A stretch of 64,000 bases of DNA from Campylobacterota bacterium (GTDB lineage Bacteria > Campylobacterota > Campylobacteria > Campylobacterales > Thiovulaceae), in contig JASKOM010000001.1 of assembly GCA_030152305.1 (NCBI GenBank), positions 201,174 to 265,173 of the forward strand. The letters run 5' to 3'. Below the pieces are notes generated by a model. The model made no database searches. It was not told the origin of the DNA and saw only the letters and a program-made list of their open reading frames with translations. This document shows positions 45,636 through 55,591 of the stretch, piece by piece (positions within the stretch are counted from its first letter, which is position 1; the number at the start of each line of letters is the position of its first letter). Made by a program: the position numbers and the translations under genes.

Positions 45636-47048
45636 TTACAGCCTCGATTTTAATAAATCATTTACCTTTTGAGGATTTGCACTGCCACCGCTTAATTTCA
45701 TAACTTGACCAACAAAAAAGCCAAAAAGTTTATCTTTTCCGCTTCGATATTCAGCAACTTTATTACTATTTTGAGCGATAACATTATCTATGATAGATAA
45801 GATAGAGCTATCATCACTTATTTGCTCGAGTCCCAGCCGTTTGATTGCTTCACTGACGGAGATCTGGTTTTCAAAAAGATAGTCTAACACATCTTTACCA
45901 GCTTTACCACTTATCGTGTTGCTATCAATAGCTTTGATAAGATCGCTCAATTTTTGAGAATTTATAGGAGTTTGGCTAATGTCAAGATTAAGCTTATTGA
46001 GTCTTCCGAGAAGTTCAACAGTTAGCCATGTTGTTGCCATTTTAGATGATGCTCCAAATTGAATAAGATCTTCAAAATATCTAGCTAATTCAATTGAACT
46101 AGATATAACTATGGAATTATATTCAGACAATCCTAATTCTTTTTGAAATCTTTCAGCTTTTTGATCTGGCAATTCAGGAATTTGTGAATATAAATTAATT
46201 ACCTCATCAGAAAGTTCAATATCTAACAAATCAGGTTCAGGAAAATAGCGATAATCAGAAGCTTCTTCTTTACTTCGCATACTTCGAGTTTCATTTTTTG
46301 CTGAATCATATAATCGAGTTTCTTGCCAAACATCACGAGAATAAACACCATCAAGCCAAGCTTCTCGTTGTCGTTCAACTTCAAATTCAATAGCTTTTTG
46401 AATAAAACGAAAGCTATTAATATTTTTTATTTCGACTCGAGTATATAATTTATCATCGCCTTTTGGACGAATCGAAACATTGGCATCACATCTAAAAGAG
46501 CCTTCTTGCATATTTGCATCGCTGATATTTATATAACGAATAATCGAATGCAATTTTTTTAAATATTCAATTGCCTCGTCAGAACTTCGCATATCAGGAG
46601 CCGTAACGATTTCCAAAAGAGGAGTTCCAGCACGATTTAAATCAACTTTCGAACCGTCATATTCATGAATACTTTTACCAGCATCTGCTTCTAAATGAGC
46701 TCGAACGATATTAATTTGTTTGCCTGTTATATTTAAAATACCGTTTTCTACAACTGGTTGATAAAATTGAGAAATTTGATAAGCACTTGGTGAATCAGGA
46801 TAAAAATAATTTTTGCGATCAAATTTAGAAGTTTTATTAATTTTTGCATTAACAGATTTTCCAAACTGAATAGCTTTATGAACAGCTTCTCGATTTACAG
46901 TTGGCAAAGCCCCCGGAAGAGCTAAACAAGTTGGACAAGTATTTATATTTTCTTGTTCGTTAAAACTTGTTGGACAAGAGCAAAAAAGTTTAGTTTCAGT
47001 ATTTAACTGAACATGAACTTCTAAGCCAATTACGGTTTCAAATTCCAT
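45636..47048 (-). CDS. gatB: Asp-tRNA(Asn)/Glu-tRNA(Gln) amidotransferase subunit B
   Basis: 470 aa. [30 protein letters not shown], and the C-terminal YqeY-like tail. Confidence 0.95.
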   Translation of the reverse strand: MEFETVIGLEVHVQLNTETKLFCSCPTSFNEQENINTCPTCLALPGALPTVNREAVHKAIQFGKSVNAKINKTSKFDRKNYFYPDSPSAYQISQFYQPVVENGILNITGKQINIVRAHLEADAGKSIHEYDGSKVDLNRAGTPLLEIVTAPDMRSSDEAIEYLKKLHSIIRYINISDANMQEGSFRCDANVSIRPKGDDKLYTRVEIKNINSFRFIQKAIEFEVERQREAWLDGVYSRDVWQETRLYDSAKNETRSMRSKEEASDYRYFPEPDLLDIELSDEVINLYSQIPELPDQKAERFQKELGLSEYNSIVISSSIELARYFEDLIQFGASSKMATTWLTVELLGRLNKLNLDISQTPINSQKLSDLIKAIDSNTISGKAGKDVLDYLFENQISVSEAIKRLGLEQISDDSSILSIIDNVIAQNSNKVAEYRSGKDKLFGFFVGQVMKLSGGSANPQKVNDLLKSRL

Positions 47049-47088
47049 AAAAATACTCCTTGAATTTATTTTGTAGTAATTTCTAGAA

Positions 47089-47097
47089 ATTCTACCA
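47089..47097 (-). promoter_or_regulatory. extended -10 promoter element for gatB (TGgTAGAAT)
   Basis: The minus strand reads ttttggtagaatttc, about 40 nt upstream of the gatB ATG. Confidence 0.45.
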
Positions 47098-47168
47098 AAA
47101 GGATGGATTAAAAACTTGACATTCTAGTTCGTTAATGAGATAATAGACTTAAAATTATATTAAGGGTT

Positions 47169-47519
47169 TTGATTATGTTTCAAAAAACAATTTCTATGGC
47201 TCTAGCTTCAGCTGTGATTTTAACAGCTACATCTGGTGTTGCTTTTGCTGATATTAAAAAAGGGCAAAAATATTATTTAAAAGAATGTAAAGATTGCCAC
47301 GGCAATGGAACAAAAGGTGCAGCTATGTTAGAAAGAGCTGAATGGAACGAAATGTTTGCAAATGGTGCAAAAGAAATGATTCGAGTTCATGAAGAATCTA
47401 ACAATGAAAAAGCTAAAAAATATATTAATAGCGACAAATTCAAAGAACATGCTGAAGACTTACGAGATTTCTTACAAGAATACGGTTCAGATACTGGCAA
47501 TGTTCCAGCTTGTGGTTGA
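47169..47519 (+). CDS. small soluble c-type cytochrome
   Basis: 116 aa. Signal peptide ending AFA, heme motif CKDCHG. Confidence 0.7.
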   Translation: MIMFQKTISMALASAVILTATSGVAFADIKKGQKYYLKECKDCHGNGTKGAAMLERAEWNEMFANGAKEMIRVHEESNNEKAKKYINSDKFKEHAEDLRDFLQEYGSDTGNVPACG

Positions 47520-47638
47520 TTAAATATCTGTCTAACAAAAAATAGTTTCTGTTAAATTAAAGATTGATAGAAACTTAAATGTAGCTATCAATCTATTTAC
47601 CGAATAAGTTATCGGCAAATAAAATAACTAGAATAAAA

Positions 47639-47941
47639 TTAATAATAATTATAAGACAATTTAAAATTAATTGATTCTAAATTGTCTTTAATAGAATTAC
47701 ATTCTATTGTTTCTAGTCCTCTGTAAATAAACTCCATCTGTGATTTTAATAACATTTTTATAGATGGATGTTTTACTACTAATATTAATATCCCATTTTT
47801 AAATTCAAAACTGTTTATTTTTTGTGAAATTTCTTTATCAATGTTTTTTAATATATTTTCAAAACATTTATAATTAGATAATTTTTTTAAGTTAGGAATT
47901 TTATATATTAAATGAATCAATTCTTTGGTATCGTGCAACAT
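47639..47941 (-). CDS. hypothetical protein (possibly DUF721-like)
   Basis: 100 aa. The pattern GILILVVKHPSIKMLLKSQMEFI resembles DUF721, but this is weak. Confidence 0.35.
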   Translation of the reverse strand: MLHDTKELIHLIYKIPNLKKLSNYKCFENILKNIDKEISQKINSFEFKNGILILVVKHPSIKMLLKSQMEFIYRGLETIECNSIKDNLESINFKLSYNYY

Positions 47942-48043
47942 ATCGTAATTTTAGCATTCGTTAGCTTTATGTTTTCAAGTTGTGGTTATAAAGCCGATCC
48001 AACTTATTATCCAAATCAAAAAAATAAAAAAGTAGCTGATTAA
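47933..48043 (+). CDS. possible 36-aa lipoprotein
   Basis: Below the ORF-track size cutoff. GTG start, then (M)QHIVILAFVSFMFSSCGYKADPTYYPNQKNKKVAD* with lipobox FSSC, followed by the hairpin at 48053. Confidence 0.3.
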   Translation: MQHIVILAFVSFMFSSCGYKADPTYYPNQKNKKVAD

Positions 48044-48052
48044 CTTTTCACA

Positions 48053-48074
48053 ATTTCCGTGTTAGTCACGGAAT
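48053..48074. terminator. TTCCGTG-ttagt-CACGGAA hairpin between convergent genes (same stem family)
   Basis: atttccgtg ttagt cacggaatt. 7-bp stem. Confidence 0.45.
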
Positions 48075-48093
48075 TATAATTTTTATATTTAAT

Positions 48094-48810
48094 TTAATTA
48101 ATAGTTTTTAATGCTTTTTTTGAAAAATAAAAATATCCAAATGTCGCATAAATCGAACTCCAAATAATATAATGCACAAATAAATTTATATTTAAATTAT
48201 TTTCGAAAATATAATAATTTGGAATTATTCGAGCGAGAAATTCGTATAAAACTTGAAAATTGTGATCGACATGAAGTTTATAGCTATATATAAATAATTC
48301 GTCAAGACCATTTCCTAAAAAATATATTGCTATTGCAAAAATCACAGAAAATAGCATTGAAAATATTTGTCCAAATGACAAAATAGAAATCGATAATAAC
48401 GAAGCCGATAAAAAAGCTAATATCGTTTCATTTATAAAATTTTTATTTAATAATAAATCTCCAATTAAAAAAAAGATTGATATAAATAATAAAATTAACG
48501 AATGTGTTATTATTGACGAAAAAAAATATACAAAACGACTTGCTCCGACGGACATTGGCAATAAATATAAATTTCCTCGTTCTTCTCGTTGTATATGCGA
48601 AATTGCGAAAAATACAGCAAATATATTTAATAAAAAAGCTCTAAAAAAAAGTGAAGCATCTCGTGATAATTTATCGCCACCGTCTCCAATGTCAATTGGC
48701 GAAAGCGACAATGAAATCAATGTCGAAACTATTGCCAAAAAAATAAATATTATCGAAATATTCTGTTTAAAATATATTTTTAATATATATTTTACGGTTT
48801 CGAGAAACAT
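48094..48810 (-). CDS. polytopic membrane protein (hypothetical)
   Basis: 238 aa with about 6 hydrophobic helices. No diagnostic motif. Confidence 0.45.
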   Translation of the reverse strand: MFLETVKYILKIYFKQNISIIFIFLAIVSTLISLSLSPIDIGDGGDKLSRDASLFFRAFLLNIFAVFFAISHIQREERGNLYLLPMSVGASRFVYFFSSIITHSLILLFISIFFLIGDLLLNKNFINETILAFLSASLLSISILSFGQIFSMLFSVIFAIAIYFLGNGLDELFIYSYKLHVDHNFQVLYEFLARIIPNYYIFENNLNINLFVHYIIWSSIYATFGYFYFSKKALKTIN

Positions 48811-48813
48811 TTT

Positions 48814-49317
48814 TTATTCATCTTTAAAATATTTATCAGCAATTTTTATAAATTTATTATAAATTTCTTCAAAGTCGGTTGAATAAACTCGAACATTTGC
48901 AATTGAAGTCATAAAATTTGTATCTCGATTAAATCGCGGAAGAACATGTAGATGAATATGTTCGGCAATTCCAACTCCTCCACTTTCTCCGAGATTCATT
49001 CCGATATTTGCACCGTGAGCTTTAAATTCATTTTTTAATAATTGGACTCCTCGTCTTGCAAGTTTTGAAATATGCAACCATTCATTTTCTGGTAAATCTT
49101 CAAGATTTTGTAAATGTCTATGAGGTATTATCATAAAATGAGCAGGTGTATATGGAAAAAGATTCATAACAACAAAACATATTTCGTCTCGATATAAAAC
49201 TCTATTTTCTAAATCATCGTTATTAATATTTTTTGAAATATTGCAAAATACACATTCTTTATGTTTTGCACCAGCAACATATTGATCTCGCCAAGGAGCA
49301 TATAAAATATTATCCAT
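48814..49317 (-). CDS. HIT-family nucleotide hydrolase/transferase
   Basis: 167 aa. Histidine triad HIHLHVLPR, and an N-terminal CVFC. Confidence 0.8.
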   Translation of the reverse strand: MDNILYAPWRDQYVAGAKHKECVFCNISKNINNDDLENRVLYRDEICFVVMNLFPYTPAHFMIIPHRHLQNLEDLPENEWLHISKLARRGVQLLKNEFKAHGANIGMNLGESGGVGIAEHIHLHVLPRFNRDTNFMTSIANVRVYSTDFEEIYNKFIKIADKYFKDE

Positions 49318-49320
49318 TTT

Positions 49321-49686
49321 TTAAAATCCTAATTTTTTTAATAAAAATTGCCACCAAGTATAATTATAAAGAGCATAATCTGCCATTTCGAAATACCTCA
49401 TCGGATCAAGAAGACCCATTTCAACATCTTTTATTTTTTTTTCTTTATTAATCGAAACACAAAGAGGAACAGATTGAACACGATATTTATGAGCTAATTT
49501 TGGATTTCTAGAAACATCGCATTTAGCAATAACGACATCGCCTTTATAATGAATATCCATTTGTTCCATAATAGGAATAAGTCCCTGACAAGCACCACAA
49601 AGTGGAGTATAAAATTCTATAAAAATAGGATTGTTGGTTTGTTCGACAAAGTCCATATAATTATCATCTGTAACTTCAACTATCAA
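49321..49686 (-). CDS. thioredoxin-fold protein
   Basis: 121 aa. The CGAC redox motif in FYTPLCGACQ, and VQSVP (cis-Pro loop). Confidence 0.6.
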   Translation of the reverse strand: MIVEVTDDNYMDFVEQTNNPIFIEFYTPLCGACQGLIPIMEQMDIHYKGDVVIAKCDVSRNPKLAHKYRVQSVPLCVSINKEKKIKDVEMGLLDPMRYFEMADYALYNYTWWQFLLKKLGF

Positions 49687-49759
49687 AATATAGCCTTATT
49701 TTTTCTCAAAATTGTAACCGAAAACTCAAGAGCTAAACTAAAAATATATTAATAAATAA

Positions 49760-52700
49760 TTATTTATTCCAGTTCATTGATAAAATTTCAATTGCATTTT
49801 CGTAATCAAATTTCGAAATAGCATGATTTAATAATTTTGCAACTTCGTTACCACCAATTTGTTTAACTTGAGCAATGACAATATCTAATAATTCATTTGA
49901 AATATAATTATTATTTTTCAGGTCTTCTTTTAATTGATCAATATTTTTTGTGATTTCGTCATGAGAAAATAATATGTCGTTATTTTGATCTTTTTTTCCT
50001 ATTGTTATATTTATCGTTGATACGATATATTTTAATGTTTCTGATATATGTTCTAATATCGAATATCTTTCGTTTTCGATATGTTCAAATTCATAACATA
50101 ATCTATAAATATCATTCATTCCAAGATTTCCACCAACACCTTTTAATGTATGAATATATCTAAGAAATTCTTGACTATTTATTTCGAGATTTTTAATTAC
50201 TTGATCGAAATCATGATATTTATCAGCGAATTGCAATAATAAATCAGAAGCTGTGTCGATACTACCGACTTTATCAACGATTGATCTAAAATATATTCCA
50301 TCTATATATGGAATTGTTCCTGTAATTAAATTTGATCTATATAATTTATCAGCACCGATGAGGTATTTATTTAAAACGGTTTCAAGTTCTTTTAAATTTA
50401 AAGGTTTAGACAAATGCCAATTCATACCAAATTCTTGGGTTTTTTCGATATCTTTTTGCATAACTGCTGCTGACAATGCAACAATTGGAATAGTTTTATT
50501 AAAAGTTCTAATTTGTTGAGTAGCTTCAAAACCATCCATAATAGGCATTTGAAGATCCATAAAAATTAAATCATAACGATTAACTCGAGTTAATTCAACA
50601 GCTTCAAGTCCATTTTTTGCAAGAGAAGTTTCGATGCCATATAAATGAAGATTTTGCAAAATAACAGTTTGATTAATTTCGTTGTCTTCGACAACAAGAA
50701 CTTTTCCATGAATAGTATTTTGAATTGTGCAATATTCACCAGTTTCGATATTTTCAGCGAGAACAATAACATTATAAAGTTGCGAAGGAGTAAAAGGTTT
50801 AATCAAAGTTCGTTCAATATGAAGACCTAATTTTTCAGCACTTGTTGAAAGTTGATCTTTTGAAAAACCAGTAACCATGATAATTTCTGGGGTGTCAATA
50901 TTTAATTTTTTTTTATTAACAAGCATATCTAAACCGTTATCATTGCCAATATGCCAATCAAGAATTAAAAAATCATATTTATTTTTATTAATTAAATTAA
51001 TAGCATCGCTGACATTACTGATAGCTGTAACATCGCTACCCCAAGAAATTAAAATTTCTGATATTAAATTTCGTTCAATTTCGAAATCATCAACAACAAG
51101 AAAGCTTTTGCCATTAAGTGAAAAATTTTTACGAATAGTATCTTTTGTGTATGACAATGTTAAATAAAACGAAAAAGTTGAACCTACATCTTTTTCACTT
51201 TCAAACCAAACTTTACCGCCCATCATTTCGGTAATTTGTTTTGAAATAACTAAACCTAAACCACTTCCGCCATATTTTCGAGTATTACTATTATCGATTT
51301 GAGAAAACGGTTGGAAAAGTTTATTTTTTTGTGCATAAGTCATTCCAATGCCAGTGTCAATAATCGAAAACTGTAAATCAACTTCTTTGTCATTTCTATT
51401 AAGCAATATTACATGAACAGAAATAGAACCTCGTTCTGTGAATTTAATAGCATTACCTAAAAAATTATTAATAACTTGAGAGATTCGAACTTGATCACCG
51501 ATTAATTTTTCAGGAATATTTTGATCGATATGCAATGAGAACTTTAAGCCTTTTTCGAAAATCGAATAACTGAAAAAATTAGCGATTGAAGTCATCATCT
51601 CGTCAAAGTCGAATTCTGTTTGAACAATTTGAAGTTTTCCAGCTTCAATTTTTGAAAAATCCAAAATATCATTAATTATATTTAACAAACTTTTTGATGA
51701 TTTAATTGATTTATTTAAAAAACCACGAATATTTTCTGAAAGATCAGATCGCAAAACAAGTTCAGTTAAACCAATAATGCCGTTCAACGGAGTTCTAATT
51801 TCATGACTCATATTTGCAAGAAATTGACTTTTTATTCTGTTTGTACTTTCAGCTTTTTCTTTGGCTTGAATTAATTCGTTTTGAATTTCGCGATTTTTTG
51901 TGATGTCTTTTGTATTAACTAACATATGTTTGCCATTTGGCATAATCGAAACGGACATATTAATTGTTAATTTACGACCTTTTTTTACAATGCAACTTTT
52001 TTCAAAATTTGTAATATGTTTAACTTCAAATAATGTTCTTAAAGTTGCTACCGCTCGTTCCATGTCTTCAGGAGCTGTTAAACTCATGCAGTTTTTAGAT
52101 TTTAATTCGTCTTCAGTAAAACCTGTCATTTCAAGATATGAACGGTTAAATTTAACAAAATTTGTTTGTTCATCAAGAATAGCGATTCCATCGGCTAAAG
52201 AATTAAAAATAGTTTCAAACAAATTTTTTTGATCTTCTGTTTCTTTTTGACGAATAATTTTTTCTGTAACATCTTGAACAGTGCCTTGAGAAAATAACGG
52301 TTCGCCAGTTGGACTATATTTTGTTATACCAATTTCAGTTACATATTTAATATTTTTACCTATTATTCTATGAGTAATAGTATAACTTATTTTATTTTTA
52401 ACACTTTCCCTATAAATATCATCAACTAATTGTCTATCATCTGGATGAATACGACTTAAAAAAAACTCATATGACGGATGAACTTCTTTTTTTTGAACAT
52501 CAAAAATATTATAAATTTCATCAGACCAGCTGAATTTACCAGTTTTAAAATCAAATTTCCAACTGCCAATTTTTGCAAGATGTTGAGCTTCCTGAAAACT
52601 TCGTTCAAGTTCTTTTAACTTTGAAACATCGCGACCAATTCCGAGAACACCAATAATATTATTATCATGATCTAAAATAGCTGTTTTAATAGTTTGAAGA

Positions 52701-53350
52701 AATTCTCTATGTCCGTCGGATGCAAAAGTGATTTCTTCAAAATTTGTTACAGGTTCTGATGACCTCATCGCATTGCGATCGTTAATAAGAAAAAAGTCAG
52801 CGAGATCTTTATTAACAAAATCGTAATCAGTTTTGCCAATAATATTATTTTTCTTGGCACCAAAAAAATCTTCAAATCGTTTATTACAAGTTGTATAAAC
52901 TCCTTTAATATCTTTCATCCAAACTAAATCAGGAATAGAATTAAATAACGATTGAAGATGAGAAGAAAGTTCTTCTAGCTTTTTTTGTTCTTCAAATTGT
53001 TTAGTAACATCACGAGAAGATGAATAAATAAATATATCACCTTCGATATTTATTAATCTTGCATTTATTTCAACATCGATAGTCGATCCATTTTTTTTTC
53101 GATGTTTTCCCATAAATCTTTTTGGGTGATAAGCAAGTTCTTTATTAACTTTATGATGGAAAATTTCTCGAGTTAATAATGGATCGATATCAAACAAAGT
53201 TAAATTGTAAATTTCTTCAGGCAAATAACCTAACATTTTACAAAATGAACTACTAAACTCTAAAATTTGACCTTCTCGATTCATAATATGAATGCCATCA
53301 GATGCTAAATCTAATAATGTTTTATATTTTTCACATAATATTTTATCCAT
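49760..53350 (-). CDS. hybrid sensor histidine kinase (multiple PAS, HisKA, HATPase_c, two receiver domains, HPt)
   Basis: 1196 aa. H-box SHEIRTPLNG. G-boxes DTGIGM and GGSGLGL. Receivers with D in ILDWHIG and IFMDLQMP. C-terminal HPt (HTLKGVGGNLG). Confidence 0.9.
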   Translation of the reverse strand: MDKILCEKYKTLLDLASDGIHIMNREGQILEFSSSFCKMLGYLPEEIYNLTLFDIDPLLTREIFHHKVNKELAYHPKRFMGKHRKKNGSTIDVEINARLINIEGDIFIYSSSRDVTKQFEEQKKLEELSSHLQSLFNSIPDLVWMKDIKGVYTTCNKRFEDFFGAKKNNIIGKTDYDFVNKDLADFFLINDRNAMRSSEPVTNFEEITFASDGHREFLQTIKTAILDHDNNIIGVLGIGRDVSKLKELERSFQEAQHLAKIGSWKFDFKTGKFSWSDEIYNIFDVQKKEVHPSYEFFLSRIHPDDRQLVDDIYRESVKNKISYTITHRIIGKNIKYVTEIGITKYSPTGEPLFSQGTVQDVTEKIIRQKETEDQKNLFETIFNSLADGIAILDEQTNFVKFNRSYLEMTGFTEDELKSKNCMSLTAPEDMERAVATLRTLFEVKHITNFEKSCIVKKGRKLTINMSVSIMPNGKHMLVNTKDITKNREIQNELIQAKEKAESTNRIKSQFLANMSHEIRTPLNGIIGLTELVLRSDLSENIRGFLNKSIKSSKSLLNIINDILDFSKIEAGKLQIVQTEFDFDEMMTSIANFFSYSIFEKGLKFSLHIDQNIPEKLIGDQVRISQVINNFLGNAIKFTERGSISVHVILLNRNDKEVDLQFSIIDTGIGMTYAQKNKLFQPFSQIDNSNTRKYGGSGLGLVISKQITEMMGGKVWFESEKDVGSTFSFYLTLSYTKDTIRKNFSLNGKSFLVVDDFEIERNLISEILISWGSDVTAISNVSDAINLINKNKYDFLILDWHIGNDNGLDMLVNKKKLNIDTPEIIMVTGFSKDQLSTSAEKLGLHIERTLIKPFTPSQLYNVIVLAENIETGEYCTIQNTIHGKVLVVEDNEINQTVILQNLHLYGIETSLAKNGLEAVELTRVNRYDLIFMDLQMPIMDGFEATQQIRTFNKTIPIVALSAAVMQKDIEKTQEFGMNWHLSKPLNLKELETVLNKYLIGADKLYRSNLITGTIPYIDGIYFRSIVDKVGSIDTASDLLLQFADKYHDFDQVIKNLEINSQEFLRYIHTLKGVGGNLGMNDIYRLCYEFEHIENERYSILEHISETLKYIVSTINITIGKKDQNNDILFSHDEITKNIDQLKEDLKNNNYISNELLDIVIAQVKQIGGNEVAKLLNHAISKFDYENAIEILSMNWNK

Positions 53351-53601
53351 AAAATATTGCCCTTAAATTTATTATTTATTATTATAAACTGTTCTGAAAA
53401 CAAAAAAAATAAAAACATACTTATCTTTTTTGTAAAACGATACAAAAATTCATTTATCAAAAGTTATCGCTGAAAACCCCACCTAAAAATCCATTTATGA
53501 TTTAGGTAGCTAGATAAAATCGACTTTCGATGAACATTTACAAAGTCAGTCTTAAAAATGTTAAGATTATAATATGTTGAAAATCAAGGAAGTAATCATA
53601 G

Positions 53602-54234
53602 GTGAGAAAGTCAATAACACTTGGATTTAAATATAGAATGTATCCAAATAAAACTCAAAAAGAGCTTTTAGATCATCAAATGTTTATCGCAAATCAAACC
53701 TATAATATTTGCCTGAATTTAAAACAAAAAGAGTGGGAAAGCAATAAAGATTTAGAGAAAAACGATAGAAAATATCTAAAACAATCTCAAATTGACAAAA
53801 TTGTGAAAGATAAACTTTCAGAAAGAAATCTACCGTTTAAAACCGTAACAACTCAACAAGCTAGAAAAAATTCAGAAAAAGCATATAAAAATATGTTTGA
53901 AAGTGGTTTTGGCTCTCCAAAATTCAAGAATTCAAGTTTGGAAAAACAGTCATTTACTTGGAATAATCAAGGCTTTAAAATTGTTGATAACAACAAAAGA
54001 TTTAAATACTTGAGACTTTGGGGAGAAGAAATTCTCGTTCGATTTCATCGCGATCTTCCAGAAAATCATAAAATCAACTCAATCCATATTAGTCGGAATA
54101 ACGGAAATTATTTCGTATCATTTTCGGTAACTTTTGATGTGTCGATAGACGAAAATATCGATATTTCAAAAGCTATTGGAATTGATTTAAATATCGAAAA
54201 CATAGCTCTTGTGGTGGGTATTTCACTGCTATAA
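53602..54234 (+). pseudogene. tnpB: 5' fragment of an IS200/IS605-family tnpB (RNA-guided nuclease) gene
   Basis: 210 aa, GTG start. GFKYRMYPNKTQKELLDHQMFIANQTYN is the classic TnpB N-terminus. The ORF stops just after the first RuvC motif (IGIDLNIEN). The remaining roughly half of the gene, including the zinc finger and RuvC-II/III, is absent. Confidence 0.7.
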
Positions 54235-54265
54235 TAACATATAATAAAAGATTGAGATAAAAATA

Positions 54266-55591
54266 ATGTTAAAAAGATATTTTGAAATAGGAATAGCTAT
54301 TTATAGTTTTAGTATTTCTGGTTGCAGTAAAAAAGAGGTTCGAGATACATCTTCTATAAATATTACTGAAGTTAATGAGAGTTATAATAATAACGAATCA
54401 AACCAAAGTAACGGTGGTAATAAAGATGGAAATGTTAGTAATTCTGGAAGCAGTGGGAATAATAACAATAATAATGTTCCAAAAGTAGATAATATTTATG
54501 TAAATCCTCTTCAACCGACAGCTGAAGAAAATAGTTCTTTACCTAAATATGTCGAACCAACAGCTGAAAAATTAGAAACTTTAAACGGAAAATCCATTAA
54601 AATTATTTCTGGTGAAATATTTTCTGATTTAACACTTTCAGCTAAATACTTATGGAAAATATCAGGCGAAACAAAAATCATTGGAGCCTCTTTAATTATC
54701 GAAGCTGGAACAACTTTATATTTTAGTGATCGAAATAGCTCATTATCTATTTTAAACGGTGGAAATATTTTAGCCGTTGGTTCAAAAACTGCACCAATTA
54801 TTTTAACATCTGAATCTGATTTAAAATCAAAATTGGGTAACAGTGGTGATTGGAGCGGTTTATCTATTATAAAAAGTGAAGATTCTATTATAAAATATAT
54901 GATTATAAAATATGCTGGTTACAATCGTTCAGCTTTTGAAATTCAAGATTCAAGTTCTAATAATGTCATCGAATTTCTTGAAATTTATCGTTCTTATAAT
55001 AATGGCATTGAATTAAACGGCGGAACTGTTAATTTGCGAAATATTGCTTTTGTTCATGTCAAAGGCGATTCGTTATATATTAATGGCGGTTGGAATGGCA
55101 AAATGCAAAATATTTTAATATCTCAAGGCGACGATGCAACAAATGAATCTTCGGGCATTGAACTCGATTTTGGTTCAAATTTATTAGCAACAAATATCGA
55201 AATATTTAGCAAAAACAGTTCGGCAGGTTCTGGAATAGATTCTAAAGGTGGTTCAATTCACCTCATCAATTCGATAATCACAGGCGAACGAAAAGGTGCT
55301 TGTCTTCAATGGGAAAGTGTTGCAGGTTTAACTGGTCGAGGAGTTTTCGAAGCAAATAATTTTGGTAAATGTTCAGGCGGTTTCGTTTCACCAAGCAATT
55401 CAATTTCGATTAGCGACACATATAATAATTTTAATTCATTAGGCGACGATTTGCGAAACAGTTCAAAAGCGATAAATCCTTATTCGTTAGATAGCTGGTT
55501 TGACGAATATAATAATTTATATGTTGGTGCTTATATTATAAATAATCCATGGTTTAAAAATTGGACAATCGGTTTAGAGGATTTAGAATAA
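54266..55591 (+). CDS. lipoprotein, probable beta-helix surface protein (hypothetical)
   Basis: 441 aa. Lipobox SISGCSK, an N/S/G-rich linker, then repetitive G-x-I/L strands. Confidence 0.55.
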   Translation: MLKRYFEIGIAIYSFSISGCSKKEVRDTSSINITEVNESYNNNESNQSNGGNKDGNVSNSGSSGNNNNNNVPKVDNIYVNPLQPTAEENSSLPKYVEPTAEKLETLNGKSIKIISGEIFSDLTLSAKYLWKISGETKIIGASLIIEAGTTLYFSDRNSSLSILNGGNILAVGSKTAPIILTSESDLKSKLGNSGDWSGLSIIKSEDSIIKYMIIKYAGYNRSAFEIQDSSSNNVIEFLEIYRSYNNGIELNGGTVNLRNIAFVHVKGDSLYINGGWNGKMQNILISQGDDATNESSGIELDFGSNLLATNIEIFSKNSSAGSGIDSKGGSIHLINSIITGERKGACLQWESVAGLTGRGVFEANNFGKCSGGFVSPSNSISISDTYNNFNSLGDDLRNSSKAINPYSLDSWFDEYNNLYVGAYIINNPWFKNWTIGLEDLE

